NCBI GenBank assembly: GCA_043803405.1
Contig: JAZDKB010000034.1
Span: 1-31,744, forward strand
Direction: 5' to 3'
DNA length: 31,744 nt
DNA from: Spirochaetota bacterium
Lineage (GTDB): Bacteria > Spirochaetota > UBA4802 > JAFGDQ01
Of this stretch, positions 1 to 8,739 are shown piece by piece. Every line of letters starts with the position of its first letter. The stretch's first letter is position 1. The translations under genes and the position numbers were made by a program. Below the pieces are notes generated by a model. That model worked only from the letters and a program-made list of their open reading frames with translations. It was not told where the DNA came from and did not search any database.

Positions 1-132
1 TTTAATACGTTCTCACTTATCCTTCTATCCATAAAGGCTGCCTCCTTTGTTTTTTAACTTCGCAACTTAAAACTCTTAAAGAAGGTGGCCTTTATCCTTA
101 TTTTGTCAACTCACTACTAACATAGTAAACCC
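1..132 (-). mobile_element. Left end of a putative insertion sequence (reads outward, truncated by the contig end), including the first codons of a probable transposase (ATG at 32, MDRRISENVL...)
   Basis: 1-141 is the exact reverse complement of 31604-31744. It contains TTGACA, an RBS-sequestering hairpin, AGGAGG and an ATG opening a frame that runs off the edge. Family not determinable from 10 codons; inner boundary uncertain by a few nt. Confidence 0.65.
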
Positions 133-212
133 TCTCTGCTTCGCAAAGAGGGGGAATTGTGATATTTTTCTCCCCTTCTCTTTTTAAAGAGAAGGGGCCG
201 GGGGGATGAGTT
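130..212. repeat. REP-like double-hairpin intergenic repeat abutting the IS end
   Basis: Hairpins CCCTCTCTGC-TTC-GCAAAGAGGG (130-152) and CCCCTTCTCTTT-TT-AAAGAGAAGGGG (172-197), then GGGGGATGAGTT. A diverged inverted copy lies at 31494-31615. Confidence 0.8.
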
Positions 213-265
213 AAACAAGGTTTCTTCAGCGTGAGGCAGCCCTGCATGTACGCGGGAGGCGGAAA

Positions 266-307
266 CCGGTACAATAGTACCGGGGGCTTGCCCCGGGGAA
301 TTTTATT
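266..307. repeat. GC-rich palindromes CCGGTAC-aata-GTACCGG and GGGGCTTGCCCC (dispersed repeat, possible terminator role for the minus-strand operon)
   Basis: 283-307 GGGGCTTGCCCCGGGGAATTTTATT matches 27281-27305 at 24 of 25 positions. Confidence 0.6.
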
Positions 308-1487
308 TAATTATATTGTCCGCGGTAAGAAGAAGCCTGTTGCCTGATGGTATCGAATTCACCAGTACTCCTTCAAGAGTAACGATATCGCCGTTCTTAA
401 TATCTTTAAAATCCTTTTCGTAATATACGTCGATTATGCCTTTAAATATATCGTCCTTTTTGTAATCGATAAGCAGGTTAAACGTGCAGGACGTGTTCTT
501 CCTTTTAATATTCGCAATCTTGCCTTTCCATTTTATTGATGAATCTCTGTACAGGTAAGGTTTGCGGAAAACCTGGTCTGGAGGTATATCGCTGTAAGTT
601 TTATATTCTATGCCGGAAATAAATTTGCGCAGAAATTCGTTCTTTTCCTTAACTCTGTAATTCGCGTTACTGTTATCGATTTTATTTATGATCACGATTG
701 CATCGTTATTTTTTTCGTTCTTGATCAGATGTTTGGCTTTATTAAAATCGTTTATAATCTCATCGTTTGAATAGTAAAAAACAGGCGGCTTAACCTTCAG
801 TATTTTATCTACCAGGTCATACTGCAAAAGGGCAATGTCTATAGTATCAATAGGAAGCTGTTTTTTAGTTTCATGCTTAATCGGAACAGCTTTAAAAATA
901 TTGAAATAGTACAATGCCCCTCCTGCGGCAGCCAGCAGAAAAATGATCAGTATAATAATTATGATTTTTAAGAAATTAAACCTGCTTTTACTTACTTGTT
1001 TTTTTATTTTTTGATCCAGGGGTTTGCCGTAAAATGACTTAAAATTTTTTACAGTAAGATTCGGACCTGGGATATAAACATAATCTTTTAACCTTGCGTT
1101 TTTCTGGAAGATGGAGAAGTCTTTTTGTCCCCGCAGATCACGCAGCGCTCTGTTTAAATATTTATCATTAGGACAGCTGTTCAATTTGTCAATGTAAGCA
1201 GTAAGAACGGAATGCGTATCCGGGCCGGATTTAAGAATCAGGAAAGCTTCAAGGTGAATCAAAGGGAGATATTTCGCGTCAATAGCGCGGACTTTCCTGA
1301 TCATGGAATCGGCATCGCCGAACCTGTTCGAAAGCAGGTAGTTGACACATAGTAAAAAGTACGGGTAAGAATCTTTAGGACTAAATGATATTATTTTTTC
1401 CAGTATTGCAATTGACTCAGAAAATCTTTTTTTTCTGAAATCAATAAAAGCGTCCTTTATCAGGAGGTGCAATCCGGAATTAATCAT
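303..1487 (-). CDS. TPR-containing single-pass membrane protein with a probable C-terminal OB-fold-like domain
   Basis: 394-aa ORF. N-terminal TPR-like helices (FSESIAILEKIISFSPKDSYPYFLL), hydrophobic TM around aa 172-195, beta-rich C-terminus (IKWKGKIANI...NGDIVTLEGVL). Confidence 0.7.
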   Translation of the reverse strand: MINSGLHLLIKDAFIDFRKKRFSESIAILEKIISFSPKDSYPYFLLCVNYLLSNRFGDADSMIRKVRAIDAKYLPLIHLEAFLILKSGPDTHSVLTAYIDKLNSCPNDKYLNRALRDLRGQKDFSIFQKNARLKDYVYIPGPNLTVKNFKSFYGKPLDQKIKKQVSKSRFNFLKIIIIILIIFLLAAAGGALYYFNIFKAVPIKHETKKQLPIDTIDIALLQYDLVDKILKVKPPVFYYSNDEIINDFNKAKHLIKNEKNNDAIVIINKIDNSNANYRVKEKNEFLRKFISGIEYKTYSDIPPDQVFRKPYLYRDSSIKWKGKIANIKRKNTSCTFNLLIDYKKDDIFKGIIDVYYEKDFKDIKNGDIVTLEGVLVNSIPSGNRLLLTADNIIK

Positions 1488-1729
1488 TGTTTGAATTTTT
1501 TTATTACCTGATCTATTAACGAACCGTCTTTATCTTTGTTGCGGCCAAGCCAGTAACCGATTCCCATGAAAATCAGTAAAAGAAGTGTTTTGAATATACC
1601 GAGCGTAAAAAGCAGTATACCGAGTATAAGTCCTATAACAATCCCTATAGCTGTCGCAGGATTATTATTTATCCATTCTTTAATAAAAGGTATAATATTC
1701 TTATTAAACTTAAACTTTAACTCTCTCAA
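1484..1729 (-). CDS. DUF2273-like small integral membrane protein
   Basis: Two TM helices with the pattern GIVIGLILGILLFTLGIFKTLLLLIFMGIGYWLG. Overlaps both neighbours; TTG start uncertain. Confidence 0.75.
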   Translation of the reverse strand: MRELKFKFNKNIIPFIKEWINNNPATAIGIVIGLILGILLFTLGIFKTLLLLIFMGIGYWLGRNKDKDGSLIDQVIKKFKQ

Positions 1730-2273
1730 CGTATTCCCCCTTTCTGGTATCTATTTTAATAGTATCGCCCTCATTGACAAACAGCGGGACAAAGATTTGC
1801 GCGCCTGTTTCAACCTTTACAGGCTTTAACACATTTGTAGCAGTATCACCTTTTATTCCAGGCTCTGCGTACACTACTTTTAAATTTACGAATGTCGGCG
1901 GCTCTATCGATATTGGTTTCTCATTATACATCATTACCTGAACTGTATCCCCTTCTTTTATATAATCAGTAAGATCATCTGCCAGCTTTTTACTTATTGG
2001 TTCCTGTTCGTATGTTTCCATATCCATAAATATCAGAGAATCGCCTTCGCTGTAAAGATACTGCATACTTTTATTGTCGATTGTTATATCTTCTATTTTT
2101 TCACCCGCGCGGAATGTCCTGTCTATAGTAGTTCCTTTTGTCAGTGATTTCAGCTTTGTCCGGACAAATGCTCCTCCTTTGCCGGGTTTAACATGCTGAA
2201 ATTCAACTACAGTAAATATGTCTCCTTCAACTTTTATGGCCATTCCTCTTTTAAAATCATTGCTTGAAATCAT
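1710..2273 (-). CDS. efp: Translation elongation factor P
   Basis: HVKPGKGGAFVR, PGIKGDTA, VPLFVNEGD..IDTR motifs; 187 aa. Confidence 0.98.
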   Translation of the reverse strand: MISSNDFKRGMAIKVEGDIFTVVEFQHVKPGKGGAFVRTKLKSLTKGTTIDRTFRAGEKIEDITIDNKSMQYLYSEGDSLIFMDMETYEQEPISKKLADDLTDYIKEGDTVQVMMYNEKPISIEPPTFVNLKVVYAEPGIKGDTATNVLKPVKVETGAQIFVPLFVNEGDTIKIDTRKGEYVERVKV

Positions 2274-2295
2274 TCAAGACCTCATATTAAAAAAA

Positions 2296-3369
2296 TTATA
2301 AAATTATTATTTCTTTCGATGCTTTGGTTAAAATTTCGCATCCGTTTTCGCAGGCAATTACGACATCTTCAATCCTTACTCCGCCCTTATCCGGCAAATA
2401 TATACCGGGTTCAACCGTAAACGGAATATTCTTTTTCAATCTATATTTATCGCCTTTCTTTAAAGCAGGGCTTTCATGTATTTCAAGCCCAACTCCGTGG
2501 CCCAGGGAATGACCGAAAGCAGGGCCATAGCCTTCTTTTGCGATAATATCCCGTGCGATCTTATCCAGTCTGCCGGTCATGATCCCCGGCTTTACCTGGG
2601 AAATTGCCTCTTCCTGCGCTTTCCTGACAATACCGTATATTTTTTTAAACTCGGCAGAAATATTTCCAAAAAATATTGTGCGGCTTAAATCTGAATTATA
2701 TCCGTTAAAAACGCATCCCATGTCAATTAATAAAATATCTTTAGTTTCAATTTTTTTCGTCATTGATGGGATATAGTGAGGCATGGACGATCCTTTGCCG
2801 GACGCTATTATAGTATCGAAGGAGGATTTCCTGCACCCGTTTTTTCTGTAAAAATATTCAACTTCAACAGCTATATCCCACTCGGTCATACCCGGCTTTA
2901 TTATTTTTAAAAGATGATCAAAGCATGAATCTGCAATCGCTACAGCTTTTTTTAAATTTTCCAGTTCGTGTTCATCTTTGACTATCCTTAAAGATCCTAC
3001 CTCATCGTTTGCGGGTAAAATCTTAATATTTTTCAGCTGTTTTTTATAGTTTAGAAAGCCGGCGAGGGGAATCAGTTGTTCTACAAATAATCTGCCTTTA
3101 ATGAAATCGCGCAATAATCCCGGAAAATCATTCTTCTGCTCTCTAATCTCAATATGTTCCGGTAAAATGGATTTTGTGTATTCCGTATATCTGGAATCAG
3201 TTATGAAAACAATCCTGTCTTTGCTTATAAGCAAGTGGCCATAGCTTCCTTCAAAACCGGTTAAGTAATATATATTAGTAAGATTTGAAACAAGGTAAGG
3301 AAGCTTTCCTGACTTTTTCAGGATTTTTTCTAATTGCTCAAGCCTCATATAAGATTTTAATGTATTCAA
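2296..3369 (-). CDS. Xaa-Pro aminopeptidase (M24B, YqhT/PepP-like); start may be the ATG at 3348
   Basis: Metal ligands DMG...SD, GHSLGHG.G.EIHE, TVEPGIY, GVRIED. Sits in the aroQ-peptidase-efp gene order also seen in Firmicutes. Confidence 0.93.
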   Translation of the reverse strand: MNTLKSYMRLEQLEKILKKSGKLPYLVSNLTNIYYLTGFEGSYGHLLISKDRIVFITDSRYTEYTKSILPEHIEIREQKNDFPGLLRDFIKGRLFVEQLIPLAGFLNYKKQLKNIKILPANDEVGSLRIVKDEHELENLKKAVAIADSCFDHLLKIIKPGMTEWDIAVEVEYFYRKNGCRKSSFDTIIASGKGSSMPHYIPSMTKKIETKDILLIDMGCVFNGYNSDLSRTIFFGNISAEFKKIYGIVRKAQEEAISQVKPGIMTGRLDKIARDIIAKEGYGPAFGHSLGHGVGLEIHESPALKKGDKYRLKKNIPFTVEPGIYLPDKGGVRIEDVVIACENGCEILTKASKEIIIL

Positions 3370-3374
3370 TGTGG

Positions 3375-3833
3375 TTAACTTTTTTGTTTTCGGGAGTTGC
3401 TAAAATGATTAATAAGCGCGCTAATACCCAGTATATATGAATAATGCCCGAATCCCGAGATCTGGCCGATACAGACAGGTGCAATGAAGGATTTTTTTCT
3501 GAATTCTTCCCTTGAATGAATATTGGACAGATGAACTTCCACTGCAGGAATATTTACTGCTTTAATTGCATCGCTGATAGCAATCGATGTGTGAGTATAT
3601 GCCGCGGGGTTAATTACAAGGCCGTCGTAATTTCTGTTTTTTTGTATAATATCCACAATTTCCCCTTCGCTGTTTGATTGATATATGTTCACTTCGATAT
3701 TATTTTTTCCTGAAAAGTCTTTGATGATTTTATTTATTTCATCGAAAGAAAGATTGCCGTAAATTTCGGGCTCTCTTGTGCCCAGAAGATTCAGGTTCGG
3801 TCCGTGTATAATTACTATTTTTTGCTGTGCCAT
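3375..3833 (-). CDS. aroQ: Type II 3-dehydroquinate dehydratase
   Basis: [50 protein letters not shown] motifs. Confidence 0.98.
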   Translation of the reverse strand: MAQQKIVIIHGPNLNLLGTREPEIYGNLSFDEINKIIKDFSGKNNIEVNIYQSNSEGEIVDIIQKNRNYDGLVINPAAYTHTSIAISDAIKAVNIPAVEVHLSNIHSREEFRKKSFIAPVCIGQISGFGHYSYILGISALINHFSNSRKQKS

Positions 3834-3931
3834 GGTTTTATTAGAAAAGTATTAATTTTTATTCCACGTACTATGTGATATCAATAATTTAAAAAGATTT
3901 GCGATTGTCCTGGTTCTTTAGAAAAACGTCC

Positions 3932-6757
3932 CTAGTCTTTGTAACCGAAATATTCAACGAGATTTTCAGCCTGTATTTTCAGCAGCCTGTTATCGCTGCT
4001 GTTAATAATATCGGATAAAAGTTTTTTTGAAAGCGCAACATTTCCAAGTTCACTTGATAAAATTGCCAGATCGAATTTTCCATGTATCGAAAATTTATTT
4101 TCAGGATTGCTGCTGTCCGCAATTCTTTTGAAATATTTAAACGCAAGATTCTGGTCTTTATTATTCAGTAAACTGATTAAACCGAGATAGTATATAGCTT
4201 CAAATTTATATTCGCTTTCAACATCAGCAAGCTTGTAATAATAATAATAAGAAGTTTTATAATTGTTTGTATTGTAGTTCAACCTTGCAAACATGCAGTT
4301 AATCAGAAGATTGTTCCCCGGATATGACTGCAAATACCCGCCGTATTCATTAAATAAATTTATATCTTTTATTTTAAAATAATATAAAAAATTTTCTTTA
4401 ATAACCATTTCTTTATAAGCAGCTTTGGCTGCTATATTAAGAAATTTTTTTGTTAAAGCAATGGCTTCTTTCTCGTTCCCGTACCTGAAGTATGCGACTA
4501 TCAGCAGTGCATTTTTTCTGACCTGCAGTTCTTCATTTTTAATTTCTTTCAGTGTTTGAATTGCGGATTCATATTTCTCTTCTTTAATGTTTATTTCGGC
4601 AATCTCGGTTTTTGCGGTATCTGCGTATGCCGAGGAGGGCGACTCTGCCAGGATTCTCTTCAGATAAACAAGTGCATTCTCAGAGTCATTTTTTTTAACG
4701 AAATATACGCTGAGTTCATAAAGAGCTTCGGCATGCATATTTATATTTTTCTGAATTAGATCGGCAGCTTTTTTTGCATTTAAAATATCATCGAACCTGA
4801 GTGAGCATTTTACAATATTAAAAAGATCCTCCTCTCCTAAATCTACCAGTTTCCACTCCAGATAGGAATCATAAGCTGTTTTATAATCATTGATATAATA
4901 ATAACTCCTGCCCTTATATAATGAAAGTTGCTTCAATGTATAATCATCCATCGGAGGAGTTTTTTCGCCGGAATTCAATATCCATATTATTCTTTTATAC
5001 ATGCCAAGCCTTTCAAGCGATATTATACGGTAAAGATATACGGATGCAGCATTTTCTCTCCATTGGACAGATAGATATTGCCTGTAATAATATTCTGCTT
5101 CCTTATACTCCTTTTTCAGGAAAGCGTCATCTCCCTGGCTTAGCAGAATATAGCCGGCTGGTTCGGAGTTCCCATATCTGGTTAAAATTATATCAAATAT
5201 AAATTTTCCGGATTTGCCATTGTCGGTTAAAAATTTAGCGTATTTATAAAGAATATTTTCAACGCCTTTTTCCCGCGGATAATAATTCATTAATACTGCT
5301 GCTGTTCTTTCCGCATTTTTCAAATCGCGTTTCTGCTTATATATATCGAGCAGCAGCACATAAGCGTCATATTTTTTTTCGGTCTTTTGAAGATTTATAT
5401 ATTTATTTAAATGGTTTATTGCTTCATCTTTCTGATTGTTTTTAAGATGAGAAACTGCAAGGTAATAATATGCTTCATTAATATAGATCGAGAACGGATT
5501 AATTTCTTTAATTTTATTAAATCCGGTTTTTGCTTTTTCGAAATCACCTTTTTCAAGATACGCGATTGCAAGCATGAACTGGATTTGATCTATATTTTTG
5601 TCAAAGGAATAATTATTTACCAGTTCTACAAGTATGGATTCCGCCTCGTCGAATTTCCGGATTTTTGAATATGCCTTACTTAATAACAATAAGGCTTCTT
5701 TTTTTTCCTGCTGGGATTCCAGCTTTGATGCTTCCTTAAGGCATTTGATTGCTTCTTCTATATTATCATCAAAATATAACCTGGCAAGTTCCATGGAAGC
5801 TCTGCCTTTCAGGGACGGATCAGCATTGGATTTTCTTATCTGTTCAAGCAGGTCTTCAGCATCTTTAGAATTATTGTCTTTAATGTAAAGCCTGGCCAGT
5901 TCATATTTTGCATAATAGATCCACTTCGATTCCTTTCCTGTCGATAAAAACGTCTTCAAATGGAGCACTGCGAAATTAAGATTGCCTGTGGCTATATACG
6001 ATAAAGCCCTGTAGTATTGTACATCGTAGTATGGCTTTTCCGTCAGCAGGGTCTCGTCCATACCGGAAAATATTTTTATTGCCATTAAGTGTTTATCTTT
6101 AATCTGGTAAGCTCTTCCTGTAATGAGCTTTGCCATTGATAATGTTTTCGAATCAACTTTGGAATTTAATATAGGCAGTAAAAAGTTAATCGCTTCGTCG
6201 TAATTTTCATTTAAAAAATATGCTTCACCTATGTTCAGCCTTTTCTGGTTATTCCGGCCTAGATCCTCGCACTTGGAAAGGGATTTCATCCATTCGATTA
6301 TTGCTTCATCGTAGCGGCGCTGGTTAAAATATATCCTGCCTATACGATCATAAGACTGGGCAATATATTCATTATTTTTGCTTTGATCGATGTATTTGTT
6401 AAATTCGTTAATTGCACGGATATTATCATTCAGCAGGAAGTAGGATTCTGCTATCCAGTATCTGGACAGCAGGCACAGGTCAGTGGCAGTGCATGAAGAA
6501 ATAAACCTGTTGAACTCAAAAATTGCATCCTGGTATTTTTTCTGATTAAATATGGAAAGAGCCAGGTAATACCATGCTTTATCCCTGTATTCATTATCAC
6601 CGGACTCAATTATTTTCCGGAAAAGCAGTCCCGAATTGCCGAAATTGCCGGATTTAAAGGCTTCAAATCCCTGTTCAAACAATGCCTGTGAGTTATTTGC
6701 GGGGAAAACATTGAATGTAAATGCTAAAAGGATAATTATAGAGAATATAATCTTCAT
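3932..6757 (-). CDS. Large exported tetratricopeptide-repeat protein (CpoB/BamD-like TPR arrays)
   Basis: Many TPR units (e.g. AWYYLALSIFNQKKYQDAIFEFNRF). A signal-peptide-like N-terminus begins at the ATG at 6757 (MKIIFSIIILLAFTFNVF); the ORF track extends to 6814. Confidence 0.85.
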   Translation of the reverse strand: MKIIFSIIILLAFTFNVFPANNSQALFEQGFEAFKSGNFGNSGLLFRKIIESGDNEYRDKAWYYLALSIFNQKKYQDAIFEFNRFISSCTATDLCLLSRYWIAESYFLLNDNIRAINEFNKYIDQSKNNEYIAQSYDRIGRIYFNQRRYDEAIIEWMKSLSKCEDLGRNNQKRLNIGEAYFLNENYDEAINFLLPILNSKVDSKTLSMAKLITGRAYQIKDKHLMAIKIFSGMDETLLTEKPYYDVQYYRALSYIATGNLNFAVLHLKTFLSTGKESKWIYYAKYELARLYIKDNNSKDAEDLLEQIRKSNADPSLKGRASMELARLYFDDNIEEAIKCLKEASKLESQQEKKEALLLLSKAYSKIRKFDEAESILVELVNNYSFDKNIDQIQFMLAIAYLEKGDFEKAKTGFNKIKEINPFSIYINEAYYYLAVSHLKNNQKDEAINHLNKYINLQKTEKKYDAYVLLLDIYKQKRDLKNAERTAAVLMNYYPREKGVENILYKYAKFLTDNGKSGKFIFDIILTRYGNSEPAGYILLSQGDDAFLKKEYKEAEYYYRQYLSVQWRENAASVYLYRIISLERLGMYKRIIWILNSGEKTPPMDDYTLKQLSLYKGRSYYYINDYKTAYDSYLEWKLVDLGEEDLFNIVKCSLRFDDILNAKKAADLIQKNINMHAEALYELSVYFVKKNDSENALVYLKRILAESPSSAYADTAKTEIAEINIKEEKYESAIQTLKEIKNEELQVRKNALLIVAYFRYGNEKEAIALTKKFLNIAAKAAYKEMVIKENFLYYFKIKDINLFNEYGGYLQSYPGNNLLINCMFARLNYNTNNYKTSYYYYYKLADVESEYKFEAIYYLGLISLLNNKDQNLAFKYFKRIADSSNPENKFSIHGKFDLAILSSELGNVALSKKLLSDIINSSDNRLLKIQAENLVEYFGYKD

Positions 6758-6848
6758 GATGAAAGTACTGATATAGTTAATATAGAAATGTACGCAGAAA
6801 AAAGATATTTTCATTTAAATAATAATTAGTCAACTCGTTTATTTTTTT

Positions 6849-8516
6849 CTACATTTTTTCCGGAGCGCTTACTCCCAGAAGTGCCAGGCCGTTTTTAAGT
6901 ATTATTTTTACGCCGTCGCATAAGGTAAGATACGCGTTGGTAATTTCAGGATTATCCGAAAGAACCCTGTGCTCGGAATAGAATTTGTGATAACGCTGGG
7001 CTAATTTTAACAGGTAATTGGCGATTCTGTGAGGTTCGTGGGCTTTTGCTGAGTCGGATACATCCTCAGGGAATCTGGTCATTAATTTCAAAAGCGCAGT
7101 AGCTTCCGGATTATTCAGATATGCTGCATCTGCTTTTTCCGGCTTATATTCCATGCCTCTTTTGGAAGCTTCCCTGAAGATCGAACAAATCCTGGCATGG
7201 GCGTACTGTAAATAGAAAACAGGATTTTCGGAACTCTCCCGCTTTGCAAGCGCTAAATCGAAATCGAGATGGCTTTCCAGAGAGCGCATAATAAAAAAGT
7301 ACCTGGCAGCATCCGTGCCTATATCTTCCAGCAGATCCGCCATTGTGGAAAATTTACCTAGCCTTTTGGACATTTTCAATGCTTCGCCGTCCAGTATCAG
7401 GTTTACCTGCTGAGCAGTGAGAATAGTCAGTTTATTATCCTCGAATCCCAGTGCTTTCATGGCGCCCTTTAGCCGCGCTATATATCCGTGATGGTCCGGT
7501 CCCCAGATATCTATTAAAAGATCGTAGCCGCGGTCAATTTTATTTTTATGATACGCAATGTCGGCAAGAAGGTAGGTGGGCCTGCCGTCTTCTCTCTGTA
7601 CGACCCTGTCCTTATCGTCTCCGAAATCCGTAGACCTGAAAACTTTTTTTCCTTCTTCCGTGTATATTACACCCTTCGATTCCAGCGCTTTTAGAGTAGT
7701 TTCAACTTCATTGTTTCTGTGCAGGTTCTTTTCGGAAAACCATGTTTGATATTTAATATTAAACTTTTCAAGATCCAGTTTTTGTCTGCTTACGTTATAC
7801 TCAACAGCTTTGCCTGCCAGAAATTCAATAAGATCCATCTCATCAGTCTTTGAGCTGATTTCGCTGCTGAAATTATTTTTACAGTAAGCGGCAATGTCTT
7901 TTACATATTCGCCGCGGTAGCCGTCTTCCGGAAATTCCGATGTTTCGCCGGATAATTCTTTTAATCGTGCCAGTACGGATTTGCCTAAAAGAAATACCTG
8001 GTTGCCGAAGTCGTTTATATAAAATTCCCTGTCTACAATTTCTCCGGAAGCTTCCAGAAGATTCGCGATGGTGTCACCGACTGCTCCGGCTCTTGCTGAT
8101 ACAATATTCAGCGGGCCTGTCGGATTAGCTGAAACAAATTCCAGGTTAATTTTCAAAGGAGAATTCTTTTTGTTTTTGCCATAAGCATCGCCGGATTTTA
8201 CAATGTCCATCAGGCTGTCAAAAAGAAATTTACTGGAAAGAAAGATGTTAATAAAGCCGGGTTTTGCTATTTCAACTTTTTCTATTATATCAGATGACTC
8301 AATATATTCTTTAAGGACATTGCCGATAATTAAAGGCGATTTTTTAAGCAGCCTTGCGGACTCAAGCGCGAATGACGACGCATAATCGCCGAAAGATTCT
8401 TCTTTCGGATACTCGATTTTTATTTCGTTAAAACCGGCATTTTCCAGTTTGTTCGATTCGATTGCCGAATATACAGCGGCTGAAACTATATCTTTAATTT
8501 TTTCTCTTATTAGCAA
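6849..8516 (-). CDS. argS: Arginine--tRNA ligase
   Basis: FGDYAS, KPGFIN, EFVSANPTGP, GDDKDRV, WGPDHHGY, KMSKR, NPVFYLQYAHARICS, C-terminal GVSAPEKM; TTG start. Confidence 0.98.
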   Translation of the reverse strand: MLIREKIKDIVSAAVYSAIESNKLENAGFNEIKIEYPKEESFGDYASSFALESARLLKKSPLIIGNVLKEYIESSDIIEKVEIAKPGFINIFLSSKFLFDSLMDIVKSGDAYGKNKKNSPLKINLEFVSANPTGPLNIVSARAGAVGDTIANLLEASGEIVDREFYINDFGNQVFLLGKSVLARLKELSGETSEFPEDGYRGEYVKDIAAYCKNNFSSEISSKTDEMDLIEFLAGKAVEYNVSRQKLDLEKFNIKYQTWFSEKNLHRNNEVETTLKALESKGVIYTEEGKKVFRSTDFGDDKDRVVQREDGRPTYLLADIAYHKNKIDRGYDLLIDIWGPDHHGYIARLKGAMKALGFEDNKLTILTAQQVNLILDGEALKMSKRLGKFSTMADLLEDIGTDAARYFFIMRSLESHLDFDLALAKRESSENPVFYLQYAHARICSIFREASKRGMEYKPEKADAAYLNNPEATALLKLMTRFPEDVSDSAKAHEPHRIANYLLKLAQRYHKFYSEHRVLSDNPEITNAYLTLCDGVKIILKNGLALLGVSAPEKM

Positions 8517-8739
8517 AACATAACCTCATTAAATGAATCTAATTCAAATAAAGCATTTTGGAATAAATATTTTGTCAACTCTATAATAAAAAAGTTGCAA
8601 TTATATTGACAATACAAGATTATTAAAGGATCATGCTATTTATTCCCTTTGTAATCCAGCGACCAGTTTAAATATGTTTAATATTATTAAATACTTCATT
8701 ATATCTATTTATTATAAATCAAATTAAACGGAGTGATGT
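8517..8739. promoter_or_regulatory. Divergent AT-rich promoter region between argS and the cyclase
   Basis: TTGACA at 8606-8611 (+) followed 17 nt later by GATCAT; TTGACA on the minus strand at 8573-8578. The -10 boxes are weak. Confidence 0.4.

Noticed and set aside
130..307. CRISPR array or tRNA
   Set aside because: No regularly spaced direct repeats with spacers, no cas genes and no cloverleaf or T-loop consensus here or elsewhere in the window.
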